From Octopus vulgaris (lineage: Eukaryota), in assembly GCA_951406725.2 (NCBI GenBank), contig OX597821.1:81282001-81346000 (forward strand): 64,000 nt of DNA, in the 5' to 3' direction. Below are positions 52,755-64,000 of the stretch, one piece after another; within the stretch, counting starts at the first letter, position 1, and every line of letters starts with the position of its first letter. The notes below the pieces were generated by a model that saw only the letters and a program-made list of their open reading frames with translations, did not search any database and was not told the origin of the DNA. The position numbers and the translations under genes are program-made.

Positions 52755-55700
52755 CTGTAATTATATAAAAAGGAAAATGATATTAAAAAGAAAGGTTGAA
52801 AAGAAACAGATTATAAATTTGATTCAATGAAAGTACAAATGAGTTGTGAAAATTATGCAACAGAATTTGAAACAACTCTTGAAATATAATAAAACTTACA
52901 GGCACCACCCAGGAATCCTGTAGCTTTTACAACCATCTCAAGCTTTTTGTCCCATGTGAATGTTCGAATGTAATCTGAAATAAAGAAAATATAACAATAT
53001 CCTATATTTTATGCTATTTTAAGTTATTTTATTGTATTCTATGGTTTATCTTTAAACAGAAATATTCCCAAAGAAAATTTAGGATAAGAAACTACCATTT
53101 TTGAGTTCAAATGTTTATTTTTCATGCATTTTGTCTTTATTTTCTTTTAATGATCTCTTCCCAATGTTTTCATGTTTGCATACAAAAACTTACCCTTTTA
53201 TTTACAAACTATTTCCATCAAGCCTGACTAAAATTATTGGGAAGAAAAGAAAGAAGTTATTCTTGCACTGGTGGCCTGGTCCAATTGTTTCAGGCAGAGT
53301 GAAGTCCATCAAACGCCCCAAAGTGCCAGATGGTGGTGTGAAATTAGGCAAAGAGGTAAGACAGCCACCCAAGAATAGGTTCAATCATCCAAAAGACTTT
53401 CACATAATTTCTATGTATCTAATCGACATATAAATCTTGGGTTAACTAAATGCTTTTGTAAAGACACCAACCAATGAGATACACTGAGAATGAATCTAAG
53501 GATGACAGGATTGCAGACTGCATAAACAAGAAAAAAACAGATTAAAAAAAATCCACTTACCTATAATACCAACCACTAATTCTTTCATTTGATCGTCCTG
53601 TCCAACCAACAAAGAGTAGTCCATGATGAAGTTGCTGGCTAGAAATTTGGAATCACTGTCGATAGCTTGAGCTAGAACAGCTTTCGAGTGAGGTCTGATG
53701 TAGAGAGGAGAGTCAACACTGACTGAAAGAGGGAGAGAGAGAAAACACACACAGATCAACAACAGTGTAATATAAAGTTACCATGTTTTATCTTGGCATT
53801 TGCTATTGTCAATAAATGATCAGGACATTATATGGCCCAGAAAGCCTCCCTCAGAGTTTTGTTTGGGTATGAACATAGAATAGAAAAAAAAAAGAAAGCT
53901 GGTTTGGCAGAAATTGAAAAGTAAAGTACAAGTTTTGTGGTATTTTGTCAATTACAATCACTTCCAATGAATGCCAAATAATTCAATGTGTCATTCCCTA
54001 ACTGAATCTGCTTAGCTTGTCTCTACTGTAACAATCGCTACAACCTATGAACATAGACAGACTGCATGGCAAAAAGACCATATGGCCCTTAGGGATTCAA
54101 ACAACATTTAGTGGCAAATGCATGAGTGTATACCAGATCTGAATAGGGAATCTTTTCTATTAACTAAGACTAGTGATGTCACCGTCTAGTAAGCCACTAG
54201 TGTATAAATAGTATATATAGATATTGTACATAAATATATATTTTCAAAAGGAAAATAATAGTCCAAAAAATAATAATTTTGAAAACAACAATTAATCTCA
54301 GACATTTAGGCCTCTGATTATCAATAGTTTATATAACCCGTGCTAGCGTGGAAAATGGACGTTAAACGATGATGATGATGATGATGATAAACATTCTATA
54401 GACCTGGGTGGTCATAGCAGATCAACAACAACAGGAGTTCTTCATGACACTACTTCCAGAAACTTACTAAAAATTGTATTAACATTGTTTTTAATCTTTC
54501 AGAATATTTTCTAGTCTCTTGTAAACAATAATCCTGGATTCCCAAACTTCACAGACACAATAACAGAAGCAGCAACAGCAGTAATATTAACATCAATCCT
54601 AATGAGATGGTTGTTCCTCATCAAAATGTTTTATTAGAAGACCTAAAACAAACCATTAGAATGTTGCCTTTTGCTGAGCTACTGTAATGGTTTTTAACCA
54701 ATAATTTCCAGTTTTGACCAATTCATCATCATCATCATCATCGTTTAGCGTCCGTTTAAACGATGATGATGATGATGATGATGAATTGGTCAAAAATTCA
54801 TCATCATCATCATCATCATCGTTCTGCAAACTCACCTTGAAGAAAATTCTGATCTAACAACACTTCTTCTTCCTGTTTCCCAGATAAATTGACCAATCGA
54901 TTTCGAACAGATCCTTTCAGGTCAAACGTCTATAATTAGAAAATATTTTGACAAAAATTTAATAAAGTGTAATAAAACAGAAACATCACACATTCAGTTG
55001 TTTGTGGTTTATATTCACAACAACATCATTGGATGATTCTACAAATTTTGAATATTTACATATAAAGAAATCAAATCAAAATTGCTGATGTGGCTGATGA
55101 TAGTCCATTGACATTTCCTCCTTGAGGCCCAACATCCTGAGATCGGTCCTTACCACTTCATCCCACGTCTCCCTGTGTGTCCCTCTTCTGCAGGTACCAT
55201 CTGCTTTCAGTGATTGGTACTTCTTTATGCACCTGTCCTCATTCATATGCATCACATATCCAAACCAACGTAATCTTCTCACTCGCACGCTACATTTGAT
55301 TCCTCTTATGCCCAACTTTTCTTTCGATACATTTGCACTTTGTCATACAAGCACACTGATGCTGTACATCCAACTGAGCATACTACCTTTATTTCTCTCC
55401 AGTCTACACATGTCTTCTGCATTTAGAGCCCACATTTCACTGCCATAGAGTATAGCCATTCACACATAAGCATCATATAGTCCGCCTTTCACTCTGAGAG
55501 AGAGTCCTTTTGTTGCCAACAAATGTAATAGCTTTCTGAACTTCCTCCACCCAATTCTTGTTCTAGAAACAATACTTTCGGAACATACTCCCCCATTGCT
55601 AATTTGGTTACCTAGGTAACTGAAACTATCTACAACCTTGAGAGCCTCCAAGGCATTTGAGAGAATCTAAGTCCCGTCTGCTTTTAGTGCTTATTGTCCC

Positions 55701-56539
55701 TGCACATCTGCCACATGCAAAAACGACTTTATCTGTAAATTTACCTGTGATACCACTGCACCTCTTATGTGTCCCTAGTTTACACTGGGTGCAGCAAATG
55801 GAATTTCTTCCAACTCCTTTCCACAATATTGAGCAGGGCCATTTACCAAATGGAAAGAGAGTTTCATCTTCTTTCTTACTAACAACAACTTTGGTCTTAG
55901 CTAGGTTAACTTTAAGGCCCTTTGTTTCCATACCTGGAATTTCTTCTCCAATTCTGCAGTAAGAGTAAGGTCATCAGCATATAGCAGTTCCTACAGGCAC
56001 CCAGTTTTGAATTCCTATGTTATGGCCTGGAGGACTATAATGAATAAGAGTGGGCTGAGATACGAGACCTGGTGAAACCCTACCTGTATGCTAAATTCAT
56101 CACTGTATTCATGGCTGATTCTCACCTTACTGACAGCACCACTGTACATGGCTTGTACTCTCCTTTACTCCTCTACTCCTAACTTCCTTAGAGACCACCA
56201 TATAACAGTGGAGAACTCTGTCGAAAGCTTTCTGCAGGTTGACAAATGCTAAGTACAATGGCTTACTTTTGGTCAAGTACTTTTCCTGCAGCTGTCTCAC
56301 GAGGAAGATGGCATCTGTGGTACTCTTCCCAGGTACAAAACCAAACAGCATCTCATCTAGTTTAATTCTATTTCTAATCAATTGAGCTATAACCCTCTCA
56401 GTAATTTTCATAACTTAGTCTAGCATTTTAATGCCTCTGTAGTTGTTTCTATTTAAGGCATCACCTTTACTCTTGTAGCAGTTAAATATAATACTACTCC
56501 ACCAGTCATTGGAGATGGTGTCTTCCTGAATAACTTGAT

Positions 56540-56570
<31 letters not shown>

Positions 56571-59500
56571 GTTAGAACATTCATCATGACCCTAGCTGTA
56601 TTTTCCTCAACTTATTTTTCCCAGAGGCACCAGCAAAAAGCAGTAAAAATAAATTTTCAACCAAAACTTTTAACAATTTTCAAGATGGAGAAATCACCAC
56701 TGTTTGCAAACAGGCGTTATATCCCCTTCTAGCGACGAGTGAGTTTTTGTTAAAACTTTTGTTTTCTTTATTTCACCATCGATGAAAAAAAATATTTTGT
56801 TGATATACGGGCAACACACACACACGAACACATATGCGTACAAAAAACATGTATGCAATAGGTGTACGTACATATGTGTGTGTGTTGCCCATATATATAT
56901 AGAAACCAATTTCAATGGATTTTGCCCAAATTTGACATCGATGTTACTTAGTTTGGTTTGAAATAAAGAACTTGATTCGCTTAATAATCCTTACTTAATC
57001 CCGGGCAAAGCTGGGTTATACTGCTATGCCAGCGCCGCCCCAACTGGCTTCCATGCCGGTGGCACATAAAAAGCACCATCCGCTCGTGGCAGTTTGCTAG
57101 CCTCGTCTGGCACCTGTGTCAGTGGCACGTAAAAAGCATCCACTACACTCATGGAGTGGTTGGCGTTAGAAAGGGCATCCAGTCGTAGAAACATTGCCAG
57201 ATCAGACTGGGCCTGGTGCAGCCTTCTGGCTTCCCAGACCCCAGTTGCACCGTCCAACCCATGCTAGCATGGAAAGTGGATGCTAAACGATGATGATGAT
57301 GATATATATATATAGCAGGAAAGCGGGAGAGAGAAAGAAGCTAATTTTTAATTGTAAATGTTGATTCAAATGACTACTGTAGATATAAAAAGAAAGAAAA
57401 TAGCAATATCAAGTAACATGGATTTAGAACAGAAAGATGTTCAGGTGTGCTGTTTACCTGAGAGACTTTTCGATTGTATAACAAGTTCTCCATCACCAAC
57501 AAATCCTGCTTCATTACTGTGCTGGTCTGATTGTTACGAAAACCTATCGTATAAACTCCTAGAATCTTTGCAAGAACTGTTGGTTTCTGAAAAATTAACA
57601 ACCAAAACAAAAACATTAAAAATCTTTATATTTATGCAAAAGTGCATCACAAATTAAACAATTACTTGGAAATTATAATTATTATTGTTGTTGTGTGAGC
57701 AGTATGAGATGTGATGTTGTATCATCCAAATTATCTTCCTGATCAAAACAACTTCACTTTGTGGTGCAGCTGTTCCTTTAAAACTGGACATGAAAAGGTG
57801 ACAAAAGCAGGAAAAAACTGGAAATCTTAAAATGCAGTAACATCAAGGAAGGTTTTTCTCAGAGAAGGGTCTTGTACCAAATTTTAGTCTCTACTTTCTA
57901 AATCTCTTCTGAGAAAGTTTCTATGTGGCCACTCAAATAGTTAAAATCAGCAACTGAATCTCTTCCAAATCATATTCTAAAAAACACCTTAGAAATTGTA
58001 TGATGTAGTCCTAGATACATTTAGTCCGAGGGGAAGAAGACAGGACACTGATGGCTTCATTGAAGGCTTGCTTGCTTAAGACATAAATGGTACTAAATGA
58101 CAACAAAGAATATATTTTCTTCCTGACTTTAATTCATAATAATGTCAAAGGCCATTCAAGAACCAACTAAGGAACAGTTGGATGACCACTCAACCTGCTG
58201 GAAGTAGCAGCCAAACCTCATTCAATCTTACAAAAGAAAAAGAAAAAACAATTTGAACAATGTATATCTAAAGATAAAATTGGATAGTCATAGAGCTGGA
58301 CTACTTTTGATCAGAAGTCTGACCAATGAAAGCAATTGTTCATGAAGTAAAATGTATGACCAGGATTATAAAGCAGAACATTAAGAGACTTACTTGTTCT
58401 AGGTAAGCTTTGGTAATGTATTGGAAATAGTTGGGTGCAAACACTTGGAAAGAACCTGCCTCTGCATTAGACATCTGTTTCAGGATGAAACGATTATCTG
58501 TAAAATTCAACAAAAATAACAAATAATGGTATAAAAAAGCAATATATACACAAACAAAATTTTAATCTTTTCCAGTGCCTCTGAAAGAAATATATTTATT
58601 CAAGCATTTTGGTATTAAATGATGCTCAAATATCTGTAACTTCTTAAAGTTAATGTTTGGCTTTTATCTGTTGCCTTAAGAATGTAAGTAAACAACTATT
58701 AAACAAAAAATTTTTGCTAATATTTTTAAAAAAAATGTATGCAATATTTATTATGGATTTAACATCAAAGAAACAATATTCTCAACAAGACTGAGGGAGT
58801 GAAATAGAAGAAAACAACACAGAAGCAAACTAGATGCTTTACAAAATGCTTAGAAGATGGCTGTCATTAATCTGCCTGAGTCATCACCAAACTAATGTCA
58901 TCTTGAAAAAAATCCAGTCACTGGAGATGGATGCAAAGGGATGATGGAACCTGGTCAGAGAAATGATGTACAGGTGTGAAGCAGGTTAATGATGTTTGCC
59001 TGTAGGCAAGTCAAACCTGCAGGACTCCACAATTTGAATGGTGGTGATGATTTCCTGTGATGAAAGGACTTAAGACTGAATGTAAATGGTTAAATACTAG
59101 TCAATTCATCCAGTGGGGGCAAGGGGATCGCATCAGTAATAGGTATGCATTCTATCTAATGACCCCTATCATCCTACTGGTGACCAGTATAGGGAACTTT
59201 CAAAAGGCAGCACTGGCATAAACAAGTTGCTTGCAACTGCTAGTAATTTATTTTATCTATCAATTCTAAAAATTCTCTTTTTAGGAATAATAAAAGGAGT
59301 CCAAAGGCTGGTTCTCTTTCTTCTCCAAGCAAATTAAAAGGCTTTGTACTTAAGAAGAAATCAATATCTTCAGTAAAAGAGAGAGAAACATATTCAGTTC
59401 TTAATACTCTGGTTATGAAACTTGAGTTACAGCCATATCACGTTGAAAGCACCAGTTCTCAACCGATCACCGAAGTTAAGCAATGTCCAGCCTAGTTAGT

Positions 59501-62500
59501 ACTTAGATGGGTGACCGCTTGGGAAACCTAGGTGCTGTAAGCGTCACACATTTTAATGGCGGTGCATCAGCATGGCTGAAACTACAGCAAAAACAAAACA
59601 AAAATGACTGAATCTTTGTGGTGAAAAATAAAAATAAATAAAGAACCAGAAGATATTTACTGAGAAAATTTGAATGTCCTGACTGAGCTCCATATTACTT
59701 GTTTTTGTTATTTATCTAACAAGTTTAACATATTTTCTAACTTAGCAATAATTATTAGCTTATTAATATTTTTATAAAATCTATCTTTTAAATTTTCTAT
59801 GAGTGGCTGTGTAGTAAGTAGCTTGCTTACGAACCACATGGTTCTGGGTTCAGTCCTACTGCGTGGCACCTTGGGCAAGTGTCTTCTACTATAGCCACGG
59901 GGCTGACCAAAGCCTTGTGAGTGGATTTGGAAGACGGAAACTGAAAGAAGCCTGTTGTATATATGTATGTGTGTGTATTTGTTTGTGAGTCTGTGTTTGT
60001 CCCCTCAACATTGTTTGACAACCGATGCTAGTGTGTTTACTTCCCCGTAACTTAGTGGTTTGGCAAAAGAGACCACTAGAATAAGTACTAGGGTTACAAA
60101 GAATAAGTCCCAGGGTCAATTTGCTCAACTAAAGGCAATGCTCCAGCATGGCCACAGTCACATGACTGAAACAAGTAAAAGAGTAAAGAGTAAAAGAGAA
60201 TAACCAATTAAAAAGAATATCTCAGGAATTTATTCTAGAAATCCTTTGAGCTGATCTCCTAATTTTAATAATTATGAACGCATTATAAGGAGTTTGTTAT
60301 TTATAATTTTCATGTTTGTTTCCTGTCTTAGAAGTCATATGGCAACGTCACTGGTGCTGGTTGCACTCAAGAAGCACTCAATACACACTGCAAAGTGGTT
60401 GGCATCAAGAAGAGCATCCAGCCATGGAAACCATACCAAAGCTGACATTGGAGCTTGACACAGCCTTACGGATTGCCAGATCCTGTCAAACCAGCATGGA
60501 AAATAGACATTAAATGTTGATAATGATAATGATCATGGTGATGATGATGGTGGTGATGATGATGGCGATGATGATATATATGTATTTATGTGTGTGTGTA
60601 TTTAAAAGTTTTTGCGAAAAATACTTGATTCAATCATAATATTTAAAGAAAGATTTTCTTAAACATTATGAACTATTTGAAAATAATTTTTTTGGAAACC
60701 GTAACGTCTCAAATCTTATGGAAAGATTTATATATTTATACACATACATAGGCAGTATGGCACCGACATGAGTGGCAGCAGGCCATAAAAGGAAGAGTAA
60801 GTCAGCCGTTCTGCAGGACATTGGATAACTGATACGGCAGAGGAGTCGTAGACCAACTGTTTGATGGTTATTGTGATCAAATAAAATGTCTGATGGTTAT
60901 TGTGATCAAATGAAATGTCTGTACCATCAGACAACAGTTGGATGTCAAGCAGCAAGTGAGTTGCTACGGTAGGGCAGCCTGCACTCTTGTACACTACTTG
61001 GTATTTAGTATGGAGGCCCAGAGAAGCAGTTTGGTGGCAGTGGAGGATGCCAACAGCATTACTTACTGTCCAAGGGCATTTTGTTCAGAGAAGTCTGAAC
61101 AGAACAATCAATGTCAATTTATAATGGACAGCTTCCACACCCGATATATATGTGTGTGTGTGTGTGCATACAGACATGTATATGTGTGTGTTGTTTTGCA
61201 TTCATGATTTACACCAAACAGATTTTTTTCAGAGCTATGATTTAAAAGGCCAAGTCTACAGAAATATGTATACATACCACAGGTCTTTGAAAAAGCTGAT
61301 CTCGATTTTCCACCTTTAGCCGACCAATGTTGACAGTGATTCATTGAGCGAATAAAACTGAAACAGATGACATGAATAATATGGTCATATTCCAAAATAA
61401 CAAAAAATGGCACCATTATTACCATCAAGTGAAGGAACTACCATCAAGGGAAGTGGGGCAGCACAGAAATGGTAAATAGTTTACAGCACAAAAGAAATCA
61501 CTTTAAACTAGCTATAATAGTATTGAAAGTGGTTTATATGATTGGAACTATAATTTCAAAGTAGTCATGGTGTCATAGTTAATTGCGAAGACTTTGCAAT
61601 TAAAAAAAGTAGAAAACTTTTCAAATATAAAGTGGAAGTATACAAAAATAAACATTATTTTCTATCTTACTGTTAGTTTTGTTTCATTTTGGAAAATATA
61701 TTTATTTTATGGTTTATTATTGTTTATATTTTGAATTGCATATATATATGAGGCCACCAAAATCTTTTAAGTGCTTAGGGTCTTTATGGGTCTTATTCCA
61801 GCTCAGTGCTAGACATGCCCATCACTAAGGAGGTACACTGGACAGCACTACTCCCACACTATTCAATGGTGCACCCTCAGATTTAGAAAATACAGTTTGC
61901 AAAAAACCTTCCCACAATACATGGTTCCAGATTCCGTCCTATTGCAAGTGGGACTGAACCCATTTGGGCAAGTGTCTTCTACTATAGCCTCGGGCTGACC
62001 AAAGCCTTGTGAGTGGATTTGGTAGACGGAAACTGAAGGAAGCCCATCGTATATATGTATATATATATATGTATGTGTGTATATATGTTTGTGTGTCTGT
62101 GTTTGTCCCTCCAACATCACTTGACAACCGATGGTGGTGTGTTTACATCCCCATAGCTTAGTAGTTCGGCAAAAGAGACCGATAGAATAAGTACAAGGCT
62201 TACAAAGAATAAGTCCTGGGGTAGATTTGCTTGACAATAATATCTTATTCCCACATGAAACTTCAAGACTTAAAAATGAAAATTTATTTTTCTATATATG
62301 CAAAAATTTGAATGAAGATATTACAGGTCTGAGGTGTCACATCTGAACTCAAATCCCTCGTTGCAACAAAAACAAAATTGTTACAGTTACTTACACATCT
62401 TCTCCGGCAGGAAATACCAAAGAACGTAGTTGTCTGAAATGTTCAGCGAAATGTACACGGCAATAGAAACGAGATGAGGAATCAGAAAATTCTAGAAAAT

Positions 62501-63093
62501 AGAAAATAAATTAAAGTTAAAATAATTAAGAAAAAAAAATGTTTTGTTAATTAAATCACAATCTTTTAGACTCATCTTTTTTCAAATTGGGTTCAAATTG
62601 GATGAAATCAGAGAGACTGACTTGTCTGTCTAATGATATCAAGAGAAACAGATACCAGAAAACATTCTATTTACAGGAGTTATAAGGCAGTGATTATATT
62701 ATTTTGCTCGTTATGTTACTCAGTAATAAATGCTCTTTTGAAGCATTGATTTATGAACAAAGGAAATATAACAGTAAAGACTCCAGGGTGGGTAGGTACC
62801 ACTGACAATAAAGAAGCTAGGGGAAAATGAGAATGGAGAAAAAGATGAAATGCAGCAAAAATTATGAAGATAACGAAATAGCAAAAAGAAGAAGCAATAA
62901 GAAAAAGAAGATGAAAACAAAAGATGATTTGAAAGATGGAAAAGGAAGAAAAGAATAAAGTAGGAGGAAATGTTGAATTAGAAACAAAATATGATGAAGG
63001 ACTTACGGATATCAATATGTGGGTTAATGGCCACCTTGCAGGGTTTGCTCTTCTCCCCATCAACAGGAATTGAACTACTTCCATCATTAACAT
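52633..63093 (-). CDS. PIKFYVE: PIKfyve/FAB1 1-phosphatidylinositol-3-phosphate 5-kinase, 3' part (9 exons; 5' part lies beyond window end)
   Basis: Manual splicing of complement(join(52633..52754,52900..52974,53561..53722,54836..54929,57458..57586,58394..58497,61278..61357,62395..62491,63007..63093)). All introns are GT-AG with consistent phases; 950 nt, open to TGA. Motifs NPHIDIQFSD, GGKS, RFILKQ, LAKILGVY, LLVMENL, FDLKGS, MDYSLLVG, VGIIDYIRTFTWDKKLE, PTVVxPELY match the PIKfyve kinase domain. Confidence 0.97.
52900..52974 (-). CDS. PIKFYVE: PIKfyve exon DYIRTFTWDKKLEMVVKATGFLGGA (activation loop)
   Basis: Acceptor tttcag, donor gtaagt, 75 nt. Confidence 0.97.
53561..53722 (-). CDS. PIKFYVE: PIKfyve exon VSVDSPLYIRPHSKAVL...MDYSLLVGQDDQMKELVVGII
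   Basis: Acceptor ctttcag, donor gtaagt, 162 nt; MDYSL catalytic motif. Confidence 0.97.
54712..54823. repeat. Palindromic (CAT)n/(GAT)n hairpin with a third arm, next to a PIKfyve donor site
   Basis: TTTTGACCAATT(CAT)nCGTTTA gcgtccgtt TAAACG(ATG)nAATTGGTCAAAA, followed by ATT(CAT)nCGTT. Confidence 0.9.
54836..54929 (-). CDS. PIKFYVE: PIKfyve exon TFDLKGSVRNRLVNLSGKQEEEVLLDQNFLQ
   Basis: Acceptor attatag, donor gtgagt, 94 nt; DLKGS motif. Confidence 0.96.
55095..56535 (-). mobile_element. RTE-clade LINE RT and C-terminal fragment in a PIKfyve intron
   Basis: FGFVPGKSTTDAIFLVRQLQEKY..FVNLQKAFDRV, ELLYADDL, GLKVNLAKTKV, RRLRWFGYV; frameshifted. Confidence 0.92.
57025..57303 (+). mobile_element. 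Family C repeat with (GAT)n tail
   Basis: Same consensus as 38300-38575. Confidence 0.82.
57458..57586 (-). CDS. PIKFYVE: PIKfyve exon KPTVLAKILGVYTIGFRNNQTSTVMKQDLLVMENLLYNRKVSQ
   Basis: Acceptor tttttcag, donor gtaaac, 129 nt. Confidence 0.96.
58394..58497 (-). CDS. PIKFYVE: PIKfyve exon DNRFILKQMSNAEAGSFQVFAPNYFQYITKAYLEQ
   Basis: Acceptor tttacag, donor gtaagt, 104 nt; catalytic Lys in FILKQ. Confidence 0.96.
59425..59542 (+). rRNA. 5S rRNA copy (dispersed variant or pseudogene) in a PIKfyve intron, antisense to the gene
   Basis: 118 nt TTACAGCCATATCACGTTGAAAGCACC...CCGATCACCGAAGTTAAGCA...GTTAGTACTTAGATGGGTGACCGC...GTGCTGTAAGC. Box A and box C are recognisable; the first two bases are non-canonical and the copy is not in an array. 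Confidence 0.85.
59801..60198 (+). mobile_element. SINE family A, CpG-decayed, intronic
   Basis: Near-complete family A copy. Confidence 0.88.
61278..61357 (-). CDS. PIKFYVE: PIKfyve exon VFIRSMNHCQHWSAKGGKSRSAFSKTC (Gly-rich loop)
   Basis: Acceptor tttcag, donor gtatgt, 80 nt; FIRS..W.A.GGKS motif. Confidence 0.95.
61965..62236 (+). mobile_element. SINE family A, partial, intronic
   Basis: Family A body. Confidence 0.8.
62395..62491 (-). CDS. PIKFYVE: PIKfyve exon QFSDSSSRFYCRVHFAEHFRQLRSLVFPAGED
   Basis: Acceptor ttttctag, donor gtaagt, 97 nt; QFSD..FYCR motif. Confidence 0.95.
63007..63093 (-). CDS. PIKFYVE: PIKfyve exon (D)VNDGSSSIPVDGEKSKPCKVAINPHIDI(Q)
   Basis: Acceptor ttcctccag, donor gtaagt, 87 nt; INPHIDIQ resembles PIKfyve INPHVELQ. 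Confidence 0.85.
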
Positions 63094-63329
63094 CTGGAGG
63101 AAAATATTAGGGAATAATGATATGTACACATTTATTACAAGAACATTGATGTACAATGATTGTTTGTCTCAAGAATATAGGATATTGGAGTTCAAATTTT
63201 GCCCAGTCTCAACAGAATTAAAAACAGATTAGACAAGTAAAAAAGAAAATTGAACATGTCCAGGCCTGCATCCCACTCAACCACACATTTTATGACACAG
63301 TACAATCCCAGAGTGAAATACAATATTGA

Positions 63330-63800
63330 CTAGTTACCAGTGGACCCATAGGTCACTTCCATACTCTTTTGATCAGTAACTTCTGTGCCACAGGTCTGCT
63401 TGAACAATAAGACCCATTCAACTGATGTTGATATGAGTCAGCAATATTGTATCACCCCTCACCTCAATCTTTTGTCATGTCATCTGGGACAAATCCAACA
63501 TCTTCAGATTTGACTATATCACATCTTCCTGTAACCATATTTGATCATCCTCTTCCACTGCCCATAGCCAGAATTAGTTTTCAACTGACACTCATAATCT
63601 ATCCACATCATACATTACCTTTGCCGGTGCAATCATCTCTCTTGCAGATTTCAGCTGATGTCTTTAATGCCCATATGCTCTCTCAGCTCACTTGCACACT
63701 GCTTTTAAGCAATTTCACATTACACATCCTATACATCAATTCATTTCTCTCAAATGCAGATAAAGATCTGCATTCAATACATGTCATACCTACATGTAGC
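63330..63800 (-). mobile_element. Decayed RTE LINE 3' fragment
   Basis: MYRMCNV..ELREHMGI..LQER*LHRQGNV..DMTKD in RTE C-terminal order. Confidence 0.55.
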
Positions 63801-64000
63801 ATCAAATCTCTTAAATAGATATGTTTCATTTAACAAATATAATGCTTCTTTTTTTCAATTTAAGAGACTTATATAACCAACTGCTTTTTTGAACATCCAA
63901 GGAAGCTGCAAGTTCTATTTAATATCAAATGGGGGAAAAATATAATATTTATATCAAAAAGGGTTTCATTTGTATCAAACTAATCTTTTGATTAAGTTCA

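Noticed and set aside
62716-63156. 146-aa hydrophobic minus-strand ORF
   Set aside because: Overlaps the real PIKfyve exon in a different frame and runs through pyrimidine-rich intron.

Overview
AT-rich, microsatellite- and transposon-dense metazoan genomic DNA. The repeat repertoire and 5S type suggest a coleoid cephalopod, probably Octopus; this is an inference, not checked against a database. The only well-supported host gene is the 3' end of PIKfyve/FAB1 (PI3P 5-kinase) on the minus strand. Nine GT-AG exons between 63093 and the TGA at 52633-52635 splice in frame into about 315 aa covering the C-terminal PIPK domain. The rest is microsatellites, several SINE families, two full-length but broken DD34D mariners, a long-TIR DD41D element, and maT, hAT and pogo-like remnants. 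There are also RTE, CR1, Dong/R4, Penelope-like and Gypsy fragments, two solo LTRs and an intronic 5S rRNA copy. Most interesting observations: (1) Penelope-type minimal hammerhead motifs, including an inverted pair with a compensatory G3-C8 core; (2) a 5S copy fused to a SINE/LINE-type tail; (3) a genomic Arg (AGA) at the conserved Gly of the PIKfyve GGKSG loop that one A-to-I edit would restore; (4) a switch from CpG-retaining to CpG-decayed repeats near 35 kb. Most ORFs in the supplied track are microsatellite or SINE artefacts. No CRISPR or prokaryotic system is present.
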